Assembly (NCBI GenBank): GCA_017447445.1
Contig: JAFSNK010000019.1
Coordinates: forward strand, 10,079-74,078
DNA from: Clostridia bacterium
GTDB taxonomy: Bacteria > Bacillota > Clostridia > Oscillospirales > CAG-382
Reading direction: 5' to 3'
Length of the DNA stretch: 64,000 bases
Shown: piece by piece, positions 27,233-37,111 of the stretch
How the letters are laid out: each line of letters starts with the position of its first letter
Numbering within the stretch: position 1 is the first letter of the stretch
Translations under genes and position numbers: made by a program
The notes under the pieces: model-generated
The model's database searches: none
Seen by the model: the letters and a program-made list of their open reading frames with translations, nothing else
What the model was told of the DNA's origin: nothing

Positions 27233-27261
27233 TTGACTTTCGCGCACGCGCGTGATACAAT
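27233..27261 (+). promoter_or_regulatory. sigma-A promoter for polA (TTGACT-17-TACAAT, extended -10)
   Basis: TTGACT at 27233-27238 and TGaTACAAT ending at 27261. Confidence 0.55.
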
Positions 27262-27303
27262 AACTGTGTATGTAATTTATTCAACGGGAAGGATCGCCGC
27301 AAA

Positions 27304-29778
27304 ATGGGAATCGCCCTGATATTCGACGGAAACAGCATACTCAACCGCGCCTTTTACGGGGTGCGTCCGCTTACCTCGCCCGAAGGACTTCCGACGAACG
27401 CGCTTTTCGGCATCGTCGGAATGGTAAACAAGGCGTTTGCGCAGATCGGCGTAAAGCCCGACTACGCGGCGGCGGCGTTTGATCTTAAAGAAAAAACGTT
27501 CAGGCACAAAGCGTGCGATACCTATAAGGCGACGCGAAAGCCCATGCCGGAGGATCTTGCACGCCAGCTCCCCTACGCTCGCGAGCTGCTTTCGGCGCTC
27601 GGTATAACCGTGGTGGACTGCCCCGGCTATGAAGCGGACGACATCCTGGGCACATACGCGCGCCAGTGCGCCGAAAACGGCGACAACGCTTATCTCGTTA
27701 CCGGCGACCGCGACAGTTTTCAGCTTATTTCCGACAAGGTCACGGTGCTTTTGGCGGCGAACGACGACACGAAGGTGATGACTCCCGCCGAGATAAACGA
27801 AAAATACGGCGTAACTCCCAAACAGCTCATAGACGTTAAGTCGATAATGGGCGATTCCTCGGACAACATCGCGGGAGTCCCCGGCATCGGCGAAAAGGGA
27901 GCGTTGAAACTCATCGCGCAGTACGGCACGCTGGACGGCGTTTACGAGCATATCGACGAGATCGCCGGTTCGGCGAACGCAAAGCTTAAAGAGGGGAAGG
28001 ACAGCGCCTATACCTCGCGCTTCCTCGCCGAGATAAACACGCACGCGCCCGTTGAAAAAACGGTGTTCGACTGCGCCTATTCCGGCGCGGATATAAACGC
28101 GCTGCGCGCGCTTTACACGCGCTTCGGGTTCAAGCAGTTTTTGGACAAGCTCGAAGCCGACGCGCCGGAGGCGGAAAAGGAGGAATACCTTCCGCTTGCG
28201 GAAGCGAAAGCCGAAGGGACCGCGTATATCTGCCTGGAGGGCGACGAATTCTTTGCCTGCGCGGGCGGAAAATGCTTTTCCGGCGCGAAAGAAGAAGCAA
28301 AAGCGCTGCTTTCCGGCGCTTCCGGGCTGGTCTGCTGGTCCTGCAAGGAGATATTCGTGCTGGCGGATTCGCTCGGCGCGGAATTGACCGACGATATCGA
28401 GGACGTTTCGCTTATGGCTTACGTCTGCTCCCCCGCGGACAACGGCGTGAGCTTCGGCAGGTCGGCGCTCGACCTTCTGGGCGTGCACTGCTCCGGCATA
28501 AATATCTCGCTGCTGCCGCGTATGTACGAAAAGCTGCGTGAAAAGCTCACTCCGGAGATGGAAAAGCTATACCGCGAGGTGGAGCTTCCGCTAGCGGGAG
28601 TGCTCTGCCGTATGGAGCGCCGCGGCTTCCGCGTGGACCGCGCCGCTTTGGAGCGTTTCGGCGAGGAGATAACCCGTTCCGCCGCCGAAGAGGAGCAGGA
28701 GATATATTTCCTCGCGGGCGGAGAGTTCAATATTAATTCGCCGAAGCAGCTCGGCGCGGTGCTGTTCGAAAAGCTTATGCTGCCGCATTACCGCAAGACG
28801 AAAAGCGGCTATTCCACCGACGCGGAGGTGCTGGAACGGCTTTTGCCCTACCACCCGATAATAGAGCTTATACTTGATTACCGCAAGGATTCGAAACTGA
28901 AAAGCACCTATTGCGACGGTCTGGCGAAGCAGATAACCGCCGACGGACGCATACACACCACCTTCAAGCAGACTCAGACGCTCACCGGGCGGCTCTCCTC
29001 CGCGGAGCCGAACCTGCAGAACATCCCGGTGCGGGGCGACAAGGGGCGGGAGCTGCGGCGCTTCTTCGTGGCGGACGAGGGCTGCGTGCTCATCGACGCC
29101 GACTATTCGCAGATCGAGCTGCGCGTTATGGCGCACGTCTCCGGCGACGAAACGCTTATAAACGCCTTTATGAACGGCGAGGACATACACACCGTTACGG
29201 CTTCGCAGGTGTTCCGCGTCCCGCGGGGATCGGTCACGCCGGAAATGCGCAAGCGCGCCAAGGCGGTGAACTTCGGGATAATCTACGGCATCGGCGACTA
29301 TTCGCTTTCGCAGGACCTGCATATCTCACGCCGCACCGCCGCGGAATATATTCAAAGCTATCTGGACAACTATCCGCGCGTTAAGGATTATCTCGAATCC
29401 GCAAAGGCGAACGCCAAGCGCGACGGGTTCGTTACCACGATGTTCGGCAGGCGCAGGAACCTGCCGGAAATAAACGCCTCCAACGCCAACGTGCGCGCCT
29501 TCGGCGAACGCGTGGCGATGAACACGCCCATCCAGGGCGCCGCCGCCGATCTTATAAAGATCGCGATGGTGCGCACCGAGCGTATGCTTGAAGCGGCGGG
29601 GTTGAAGGCGCGGCTGATCTTGCAGATACACGACGAGCTTATCGTTGAATCGCCGCTGGAGGAAGCGGAGGAGGCGAAACGCATCCTGCGCGAGGCGATG
29701 CAGGGCGCCGCGGAGCTGAAAGTGCCGCTTTCGGTCGATATCGGCGTCGGAAAAAGCTGGTACGACGCGAAAAATTAA
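27304..29778 (+). CDS. polA: DNA polymerase I (5' nuclease + vestigial 3'-5' exo + polymerase), 824 aa
   Basis: The 5' nuclease begins LIFDGNSILNRAFYG. Polymerase motif A is DYSQIELRVMAH, motif B is RRAKAVNFGIIYG and motif C is QIHDELIVE. I saw no DxE Exo I motif in the middle domain. Confidence 0.95.
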   Translation: MGIALIFDGNSILNRAFYGVRPLTSPEGLPTNALFGIVGMVNKAFAQIGVKPDYAAAAFDLKEKTFRHKACDTYKATRKPMPEDLARQLPYARELLSALGITVVDCPGYEADDILGTYARQCAENGDNAYLVTGDRDSFQLISDKVTVLLAANDDTKVMTPAEINEKYGVTPKQLIDVKSIMGDSSDNIAGVPGIGEKGALKLIAQYGTLDGVYEHIDEIAGSANAKLKEGKDSAYTSRFLAEINTHAPVEKTVFDCAYSGADINALRALYTRFGFKQFLDKLEADAPEAEKEEYLPLAEAKAEGTAYICLEGDEFFACAGGKCFSGAKEEAKALLSGASGLVCWSCKEIFVLADSLGAELTDDIEDVSLMAYVCSPADNGVSFGRSALDLLGVHCSGINISLLPRMYEKLREKLTPEMEKLYREVELPLAGVLCRMERRGFRVDRAALERFGEEITRSAAEEEQEIYFLAGGEFNINSPKQLGAVLFEKLMLPHYRKTKSGYSTDAEVLERLLPYHPIIELILDYRKDSKLKSTYCDGLAKQITADGRIHTTFKQTQTLTGRLSSAEPNLQNIPVRGDKGRELRRFFVADEGCVLIDADYSQIELRVMAHVSGDETLINAFMNGEDIHTVTASQVFRVPRGSVTPEMRKRAKAVNFGIIYGIGDYSLSQDLHISRRTAAEYIQSYLDNYPRVKDYLESAKANAKRDGFVTTMFGRRRNLPEINASNANVRAFGERVAMNTPIQGAAADLIKIAMVRTERMLEAAGLKARLILQIHDELIVESPLEEAEEAKRILREAMQGAAELKVPLSVDIGVGKSWYDAKN

Positions 29779-29812
29779 CTATTATTTCTCCCGATTGAGA
29801 GGTACCGTATAA

Positions 29813-31363
29813 ATGGAAGGACTTAAAAACTTACACGGGCGCAAGGTGCGCGAGCTGCTTGTTTATCCCGATTATACCGACAGGATAATGTCCGGCAAAC
29901 TAACGGGCGGCAACTACAGCGAAGGGCTGGCTTCGATCTCCGCGGTGCTCAAACAGGCGGGGCACGAGGTAAAGCTTATGCACCTGCTGTTCCTGCACAC
30001 CGAACAGGAATACAAGGAAAAGCTGCGCGAGCTGGGCGAATTCGACATAATCGGCTTCTCCATGCGCACCACGGCTTACACCGACTGCGTGCAGTATATA
30101 AAATGGACCAAGGAGGAGCGCCCGGACGTGTTCATAACCTGCGGGAGCTACCATCCCACGCTCGCGCCGGAGGAGGTAATAGAAATACCCGGCGTGGACG
30201 CGCTCACCATAGGCGACGGCGAATACGCCGAGCTGGAGCTTGCGGATATGATGTCCGCCGGCGAGGATTACACGAATATCGAAAGCAAGTGGTTCCGCCT
30301 GCCGGACGGCAGCGTTAAGCGCAACCCGGTACGCCCGCTGTTCGCCGATCTGGACCGGCTCCCCATCCCGGATTTCGAGCTGTTCGATTACGATAATCTC
30401 GACAGCGTAAAGGTCGGCACCGCCATAGTTATGATGAGCCGCGGCTGCCGTTACAACTGCACCTACTGCGGCAATTCGCAGTTCCGCAACGTATATCCGA
30501 ACAAAAAGATATATTCCCGCTTCCGTTCGCCGCAGAACGGCATACTCTACCTCAAAACCCTGCTCGCCAAGCACCCGCAGATAAAAGTAATAAACTTCCG
30601 CGACGCGATATTCAATATGATCCCCGAATGGTTCGACGAGTTCATCGAGCTTTACAAGCGGGAGATCCACCTCCCGTTCACCGGGAACATCCGATTCGAC
30701 ATACTCACCGAGGACACGGTGCGCCGTATGAAGGAGGCGGGCTGCTATACGATAGATATGGGGCTTGAAAGCGGCGATCAGGAGATGCGGTTCAAATACC
30801 TTAAACGCTTTATGACCGACGAAATGATGATAAACTGCTCGCAGTGGTTCCACAAATACGGCATCGCGCAGCTTACCTACAACATAATCGGGCTCCCCTA
30901 CGAGGATATCCACAAGGCGCTTAAAACGATAAAGCTCAACGCGCGTATGCGCGCCGACAGAGTCATCCCCAACATCTTCTATCCCTATCCGGGCACCGAG
31001 CTTTACGAAACGGCGAAGAAGGCGGGCTTTATGCCGGACGTCATCTCGCCGGACGTGCGCGTCCCGCTTATCCAGGAGCAGTTCCCGGAGCACGAGGTGC
31101 TGTTTATCGAGGCGTACTTCCAGCACTTTATGAAAAAATACCGCCGCGCGTTCAGAATGCCGAAATGGATAGGGAAGCCGTATGAAAATTGGCTCGACCG
31201 CCGCGTTACCAAACGGCACGCGTGGTCCTATAAGTTCCTTGTAAAGGTGCACGATATCTACGCGCATATCCGCAGCAAGGTAAAGGATTTCGTCATCGAC
31301 CACCTGCCGAAGGTCTATATGAAGCTGCGTATGATAAAACACCATAAGAGGCCGGAAGGGTAA
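29813..31363 (+). CDS. B12-binding-domain radical SAM protein
   Basis: The N-terminus has a Rossmann-like B12 region (DIIGFSMRT...). The CxxxCxxC motif is SRGCRYNCTYCGN. Confidence 0.8.
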   Translation: MEGLKNLHGRKVRELLVYPDYTDRIMSGKLTGGNYSEGLASISAVLKQAGHEVKLMHLLFLHTEQEYKEKLRELGEFDIIGFSMRTTAYTDCVQYIKWTKEERPDVFITCGSYHPTLAPEEVIEIPGVDALTIGDGEYAELELADMMSAGEDYTNIESKWFRLPDGSVKRNPVRPLFADLDRLPIPDFELFDYDNLDSVKVGTAIVMMSRGCRYNCTYCGNSQFRNVYPNKKIYSRFRSPQNGILYLKTLLAKHPQIKVINFRDAIFNMIPEWFDEFIELYKREIHLPFTGNIRFDILTEDTVRRMKEAGCYTIDMGLESGDQEMRFKYLKRFMTDEMMINCSQWFHKYGIAQLTYNIIGLPYEDIHKALKTIKLNARMRADRVIPNIFYPYPGTELYETAKKAGFMPDVISPDVRVPLIQEQFPEHEVLFIEAYFQHFMKKYRRAFRMPKWIGKPYENWLDRRVTKRHAWSYKFLVKVHDIYAHIRSKVKDFVIDHLPKVYMKLRMIKHHKRPEG

Positions 31364-31471
31364 AAACTCAGACGGAAAACGAACAGCGAAAACATCCGCG
31401 CCGACGCGCGAATGAAAAAACAAAAAAGAAAACGCGGAAGGCGTTTCAGACAACGATCATTCATATACATT

Positions 31472-32293
31472 ATGCTTTACATTGTGCCCACTCCAATAGG
31501 AAATATGTCCGACATTACGCCGCGAGCAAGGGAAACGCTGGAAAACTGCGATTTCGTCGCGGCGGAGGATACGCGCGTCGGCGGCAAGCTTTTGATGCTT
31601 CTCGGCATAAAAAAGCAGCTTGTGAGCTTTCACGAGCATTCGCCCCGCCGCGTGATCGATTCGATAACCGCGCGGATCGCGGGCGGCGAATCCTGCGCGC
31701 TCATAACCGACGCCGGCACCCCCGCGATAAGCGACCCGGGCGAAAAGCTCGTCGCCGCCTGCGCGGAAGCGGGCGTTCCGGTCTGCGCGCTTCCCGGCGC
31801 CTGCGCCGTGGTCACCGCGCTTTCGGCTTCCGGGCTGCCCTGCAAGCGGTTCTGCTTCGAAGGGTTCCTGCCCGAAAAGGCGTCCGAGCGCGCCGAAAGG
31901 ATATCGGAGCTCACGCGCGAAAAACGCATTTTTGTCGTCTATATCGCCCCGCACGATATAAAACAGACGCTTGCGGAGCTCGCCTCCGCGATGCGCTCCC
32001 GCCGCGCCGTGCTGGCAAAGGAGCTTACCAAGCTGCACGAGCGCTATTTCCGCGGGACTCTGGGCGATATAAGCGAAGCCGTGCTTGCGCTCCCGCCGGA
32101 GGAGCTTCGCGGCGAATACGTTTTAACCGTGGAGGGAATGCCCGAAAGCGACGAGTTCTGGAAGGAAATGTCCGTTCCGGAGCACGTGGAGCATTATATT
32201 TCTTTGGGGCTTTCGAAAATGGACGCCTGCAAGCAAGCCGCGCGCGACAGAGGCGTGGGCAAGGGCGAGATATACGCGGAGATCAACAAATAA
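31472..32293 (+). CDS. rsmI: 16S rRNA (cytidine1402-2'-O)-methyltransferase
   Basis: MLYIVPTPIGNMSDITPRARETL...VAAEDTRV...SDPG. I use the internal ATG at 31472. Confidence 0.9.
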   Translation: MLYIVPTPIGNMSDITPRARETLENCDFVAAEDTRVGGKLLMLLGIKKQLVSFHEHSPRRVIDSITARIAGGESCALITDAGTPAISDPGEKLVAACAEAGVPVCALPGACAVVTALSASGLPCKRFCFEGFLPEKASERAERISELTREKRIFVVYIAPHDIKQTLAELASAMRSRRAVLAKELTKLHERYFRGTLGDISEAVLALPPEELRGEYVLTVEGMPESDEFWKEMSVPEHVEHYISLGLSKMDACKQAARDRGVGKGEIYAEINK

Positions 32294-32331
32294 CGAAAGT
32301 TTTTTCGGAAGCCGGGGAAAGGAGCGCGAAA

Positions 32332-33753
32332 ATGAGAACGATAAAGAATATCGCGGCGATACTGCTGGCGTTCATCGCGGCTTTCGCGGCTCTCCCCTCG
32401 CTTCCGGCGGGAGCCGGCGGAAGCGTTGTGGCGATAAAAGCCGAATGCCCCGGCGGCGCGCGCGTGGGCGGCACGGCTTGCGTAAGATTGACAGTCGGTG
32501 CGCCGGCTCAGCCGCTCGCGGCGATAGAATTCACGCTTTCCTACGACCCGGAGCTGGTTTCGCCGCAGATAAAAGACGGCTTCGGGACCGAAACGCCGCA
32601 GTTTATAAAAAAACTGCCGCAGGGCTGGGAACAGCTTTGCTCGCTGGATGAAAAAGAGGGGATATACACCCTGCGCTTCGCCGCCCCGCAGGACGGCAAG
32701 CCGGCGCTCGATTCCGGCTCGCAGATAGTGCTCGAAATACCGTTTCTGTTCAAAAAAGCCGGCGGCGCGGCTTTCGTCTGCGACAGCGCGGACATAGTCG
32801 CCGTTCCGGTTTCGGACCCGCTCGGCGTGCTCGGCGGCTCCGGGGCGGAGATCACGGTCGCCGTTTCGAGCGAGACCGAAAAGGTCTTTGCGGCGCTTTC
32901 CGGCGCGGACGAAGCGGTTTCCGGCGGGAAATATTCGCTTCAAATAACCTTTACCAACCTTGCCGAGGGCACCGGGATAATCGCCGCGGAGTTCGTGCTG
33001 AAATACGACAAAAGCTGTTTTTCCCCGGTTATAAAAAGCAACGCCGGAAGCGAAATGGACGTTTTTCTTGCCGAAGCGGACCGCGCCTCTTGGGAGCAGA
33101 TGTGTACTCCGGACCCCGCCGCCTCCCGCATCGTAATGCGCTTCGCCGCGCTTTCGCTCGGGGACGATAAAACGCAGGTCATCCCGGAGGGCGGCAGTAT
33201 GGTTTTCACCGTGGAGTTCGAAGTGACAGGAAGCGAAGGCGCCACCCCGGCGTTCGAGATCCCGTCCGAAGGGCTTATCGGGCTCAACTGCGCGATGGGC
33301 GAGGTTTCAGGCGGCGGAAGCAAAAAGCCGGTCGCCGTTAAAGGCGGCGGTCAGACGCCGTACGTCCCCCCGGTATATACCTTTGCGGACGGATATATTC
33401 TCGGCGTGCGCGAAAACACGCGCGTTTCCGCTTTCGTTTCCGATATCGGCGCGCAAAGCGTCTGCGGCGCGGACGGCGCGGAGATCACTGAAGGCGTGGT
33501 CTGCACCGGATACAAAGCGTTCGCCGACGGCGCGGAATACACCGTGATAGTGCGCGGCGACGCGAACGGAAACGGAAAGATCGACGCCGCGGACTACGCT
33601 ATGGCAAAGCGCACCTACCTTAACACCTTCGACGCTTCGGAAGCGCAGAAACGCGCGATCTGCATACGCGGCGGTACGAAGCCGTCCGCGGCGGACTACG
33701 CAATGATAAAAAGGCACTATTTAAGGACCTTCGACCTGAACACCGTTGAATAA
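32332..33753 (+). CDS. secreted protein with two cohesin-like modules and a C-terminal dockerin
   Basis: A signal peptide is followed by AIEFTLSYDPELVSP and AAEFVLKYDKSCFSP, both cohesin-like. The dockerin segment is GDANGNGKIDAADYAMAKRTYL ... PSAADYAMIKRHYL (about 33553-33750). Confidence 0.75.
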   Translation: MRTIKNIAAILLAFIAAFAALPSLPAGAGGSVVAIKAECPGGARVGGTACVRLTVGAPAQPLAAIEFTLSYDPELVSPQIKDGFGTETPQFIKKLPQGWEQLCSLDEKEGIYTLRFAAPQDGKPALDSGSQIVLEIPFLFKKAGGAAFVCDSADIVAVPVSDPLGVLGGSGAEITVAVSSETEKVFAALSGADEAVSGGKYSLQITFTNLAEGTGIIAAEFVLKYDKSCFSPVIKSNAGSEMDVFLAEADRASWEQMCTPDPAASRIVMRFAALSLGDDKTQVIPEGGSMVFTVEFEVTGSEGATPAFEIPSEGLIGLNCAMGEVSGGGSKKPVAVKGGGQTPYVPPVYTFADGYILGVRENTRVSAFVSDIGAQSVCGADGAEITEGVVCTGYKAFADGAEYTVIVRGDANGNGKIDAADYAMAKRTYLNTFDASEAQKRAICIRGGTKPSAADYAMIKRHYLRTFDLNTVE

Positions 33754-33772
33754 AACCTTTTAAGGAGTATTT

Positions 33773-34645
33773 ATGAAAAGACCTACCGCGGTGCAGTTGC
33801 TGAAAAAATACGCCGTGATAACCATCGGGAGTCTGATCTACGCCGCAAGCGTGGCGCTGTTTCTGGACCCGAACAACATCGCGCCCGGAGGCGTTTCGGG
33901 TATCGCGATAATCATAAGCAGCTTTACCGAAAGCATCCCCACCGGGACCTGGATAATCATACTGAACGTCCCCATACTGCTCGCGGGGGCGTTCCTGCTC
34001 GGCGCGCGGTTCTTGATATCCACCGTGTATTCCGTCGCGGTGTCTTCGCTGGCGATGAACCTTATGACGAGATATATCAAGCCGGTCACGGACGATCTGC
34101 TGCTCGCCGCCGTCGCCGGAGGTCTGCTTATGGCCGTCGGGCTGGGGCTGGTCTTCCGCGAGAGGGCGACAACGGGCGGTTCGGACGTTATCGTGCGTAT
34201 GCTGAAATTAAAATTCAAGCACCTTTCCACCGGGGCGGTGTTCCTTATAACCGACGGACTCATCGTCGCCGCCACGTTTTTCGCGTTCGGCAGGTTCGAC
34301 ATCACGATGTACGCCGCGATAAGTCTTATGATCCAGAGCTTTCTTATAAACCGCATACTCTACGGCTTCGACGAAGCGCGTATAGTCTATATAATCAGCG
34401 ATAAGGACCGCGTTATCGGCGGGCGCCTGCTCGCGGAGCTGGACGTCGGCGCGACCTACCTTTCCGGCGAGGGCGCCTATACCGAGAACGACAAAGAGGT
34501 GCTTATGTGCGTGGTGAAGATGCGCGCGCTGCCGGAGGTGCGCGAGCTGGTACGCCAGGAGGACAAGGCGGCGTTTATGTTCGTCACCAAGGCGACAAGC
34601 GTGTTCGGCGAAGGGTTCAAGGACCACAACGACGCCGATCTTTAA
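33773..34645 (+). CDS. YitT-family membrane protein (DUF2179 C-terminal domain)
   Basis: YAVITIGSLIYAASVALFLDPNNIAPGGVSGIAIII, and the C-terminus reads VGATYLSGEGAYT...VVKMRALPEV. Confidence 0.85.
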   Translation: MKRPTAVQLLKKYAVITIGSLIYAASVALFLDPNNIAPGGVSGIAIIISSFTESIPTGTWIIILNVPILLAGAFLLGARFLISTVYSVAVSSLAMNLMTRYIKPVTDDLLLAAVAGGLLMAVGLGLVFRERATTGGSDVIVRMLKLKFKHLSTGAVFLITDGLIVAATFFAFGRFDITMYAAISLMIQSFLINRILYGFDEARIVYIISDKDRVIGGRLLAELDVGATYLSGEGAYTENDKEVLMCVVKMRALPEVRELVRQEDKAAFMFVTKATSVFGEGFKDHNDADL

Positions 34646-34648
34646 GCT

Positions 34649-35743
34649 ATGATAAACGAGCTGCTGGAGTTGACGCCGTTCCCCGAAAGGGTAAAAAACA
34701 CCCGCCTGCCCGTGCTGCTTTACGGCACCGGCGACGGCGCGGAAAAAGCAAACGCCTATCTCGCTTCGTTCGGGATAAAGCCCGCGGGCGTCGTCGCCTC
34801 GGACGGGTTCGTGCGCGGGCAGAACTTTTTGGGGCGCCGCGTCGCGCGTGTATCCGAAGCGGAGGAAGAGTTCGGGCGGTTCTGCGCCGTTATCTGCTTC
34901 GGCATGGGCGGAGAATACGGGGAGCTCGTCGCCGCGCTGCGCGCGCGGGGGCATTCGGTCTTCGCGCCGGGGCTGCCGCTGTTCGGCGAGGAGATCTGCG
35001 ACGCGGAGTTTTTGCGCGGGCACGCCGCCGAGGCGGAGCGCGTTTTTTCTCTGCTTGCCGACGATATCTCGCGCGGAGTATTCAAAGCGGTGCTCGCGTA
35101 CTGCCTGACCGGGGAACCGGATATGCTTGAAGTGCCCGGCGCGGACAGTGAAGTCGCCGGGTTCTTCGCCCGCGGCGGAAGGCATATCGACGTCGGCGCC
35201 TACGACGGCGACACCGCCATAGAGTTCGCCCGGGAAAGCGGCGGGAACTACACCGAGATCATCGCCTTCGAGCCGGACAGGATAAACTTCCGCAAGCTCA
35301 AAAGCAACCCACGGCTGCCGCCGCGGGTAGTCGCCGTGAATATGCTTTGCGGCGACAAATGCGGAAAGGTCCCTTTCCGGCAGGGCGAAGGGCGCGGCTC
35401 CCGCGCGGAGGACGAACCGAACGGTTTTGCGGAATGCGTTACGGTAGACGCCTTCTGCGGATTTACGCACGTCGATTCGAAAGCGCCGCCCGTCGGCAGC
35501 ATAAAGATCGACGCGGAGGGTATGGACGCCCGGGTGCTCTACGGCGCGGCGAACACGCTGTGGTGCTGTAAAAGCAACGTCCGGGCCGCCGTGTACCACC
35601 GCGCGGGCGATATTTTTTCGATCCCGCTGCTCCTGCACAGATACGATTTCAGATATAAGTTATATTTAAGAAAAAAGCCCTGCCTGCCCGCCTGGGACGT
35701 GTTCCTTTACGCGGTGCGGGAGGATATTCAAAGCGGTTTTTGA
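34649..35743 (+). CDS. FkbM-family methyltransferase
   Basis: HIDVGAYDGDTAIEFA...IIAFEPDRINFRKL...IKIDAEGMD. Confidence 0.75.
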   Translation: MINELLELTPFPERVKNTRLPVLLYGTGDGAEKANAYLASFGIKPAGVVASDGFVRGQNFLGRRVARVSEAEEEFGRFCAVICFGMGGEYGELVAALRARGHSVFAPGLPLFGEEICDAEFLRGHAAEAERVFSLLADDISRGVFKAVLAYCLTGEPDMLEVPGADSEVAGFFARGGRHIDVGAYDGDTAIEFARESGGNYTEIIAFEPDRINFRKLKSNPRLPPRVVAVNMLCGDKCGKVPFRQGEGRGSRAEDEPNGFAECVTVDAFCGFTHVDSKAPPVGSIKIDAEGMDARVLYGAANTLWCCKSNVRAAVYHRAGDIFSIPLLLHRYDFRYKLYLRKKPCLPAWDVFLYAVREDIQSGF

Positions 35744-35794
35744 TTTTTTGTCCGCTTTTCGGTTTTTTAAAAGTATATACATACGGAGGATAAC

Positions 35795-37078
35795 ATGCTT
35801 GTTTCTGCAATACTCGGAAGAATGGAAAACGGCGCTTACGATAAAACGCTGGAACGGCTTTACGGCGCCGCCGCCGTTCCCGCCCGCCGCGCGCGCTGGG
35901 CGAGGGTGATAAAGGAGTTCGCCTCGCTTTACGGCGAAAAGGACGCGGTGCTGTTTTCGGTGCCGGGCCGCACGGAGCTTTCGGGCAACCATACCGACCA
36001 CAACAACGGCACGGTGCTGGCGGCTTCAGTCGATCTGGATATTATCGCCGTGGCGGCAAAGCAGAACGGCAGCGTGGTAAAAATGAAAAGCGAGGGCTAC
36101 CGCGAGGACACGGTGGACCTTTCGGCTTCGGACAAAAACAGCGTGCGGTGCGGTTCCTCCGGCGCGATAATCGCCGGCGTCGCCGACTGGTTCAAAAAGC
36201 ACGGCTATGAGTGCGGCGGGTTCTGCGCCTGCACCGCCAGCGACGTTATAAGCGGTTCGGGGCTTTCCAGCTCCGCCGCCTTCGAGGTGATGTGCGGGCG
36301 TATCTTTTCGCAGTTTTACAACGGCGGGCGCGTTTCGATGATGGAGCTTGCGATGGCGGGCAAATACGCCGAAAACGAGTTTTTCGGCAAGCCCTGCGGG
36401 CTTATGGACCAGGCGGCTTGCGCCAACGGCGGCTGTCTGTGGCTCGATTTTGCGGACCCGGATTCGCCGAAATACGAAAAGATCGGGCTCGACCTCGAAA
36501 AGCAGGGATTCGTGCTTTGCATAGTGAACACCGGAGGCAATCACGCCGACCTCACCTCCGATTACGCCGCCGTCCCCGCGGAGATGCGCGCGGTCGCGGA
36601 AAAGCTCGGCGCGAGTTCGCTTCGCTTCTGCGACGAAAAGGCGTTTTACGAAAACATCCCGCGGCTTCGCGCGGAATGCGGCGACAGGGCGGTGCTCCGC
36701 GCCTTGCACTTCTTTAACGAAAACAAGCGCGTTTCCGAACAGCGCGAAGCGCTCGGATCCGGCGATTTCAGCAGATATCTGGAGCTGGTGACCGAATCCG
36801 GCGATTCCTCTTTCAAATACCTGCAAAACGTTTATTCCCCCCACGCGCCGGAGGAGCAGGGCATATCGCTCGCGCTGGCGTTGAGCGAATCCGCGGGCGC
36901 GGCGGCGTGCAGGGTGCACGGCGGCGGCTTTGCCGGAACGATACAGGCGTACGTCCCCGCGGAAAAAGCCGCGGCATACAAAAAAACGCTCGAATCGGTG
37001 TTCGGGGAAAAGTGCTGTTACGTCTGCCGCGTACGCGGCTGCGGAGCTTCCGTCGTTACCGAAAACGGGGCGGAATGA
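35795..37078 (+). CDS. galactokinase-family GHMP sugar kinase
   Basis: VPGRTELSGNHTDHNNG (galactokinase-signature variant), the GHMP motif GSGLSSSAA, and RVHGGGFAGT. Confidence 0.75.
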   Translation: MLVSAILGRMENGAYDKTLERLYGAAAVPARRARWARVIKEFASLYGEKDAVLFSVPGRTELSGNHTDHNNGTVLAASVDLDIIAVAAKQNGSVVKMKSEGYREDTVDLSASDKNSVRCGSSGAIIAGVADWFKKHGYECGGFCACTASDVISGSGLSSSAAFEVMCGRIFSQFYNGGRVSMMELAMAGKYAENEFFGKPCGLMDQAACANGGCLWLDFADPDSPKYEKIGLDLEKQGFVLCIVNTGGNHADLTSDYAAVPAEMRAVAEKLGASSLRFCDEKAFYENIPRLRAECGDRAVLRALHFFNENKRVSEQREALGSGDFSRYLELVTESGDSSFKYLQNVYSPHAPEEQGISLALALSESAGAAACRVHGGGFAGTIQAYVPAEKAAAYKKTLESVFGEKCCYVCRVRGCGASVVTENGAE

Positions 37079-37111
37079 TCCCGTACGTTTATAAATGAAA
37101 GGAGCGTTTTT

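Noticed and set aside
27304-29778. Pol I with no recognisable 3'-5' exonuclease motifs, considered as a novelty.
   Set aside because: Inactive or vestigial proofreading domains are common in Firmicutes and Thermus Pol I enzymes, so this is ordinary.
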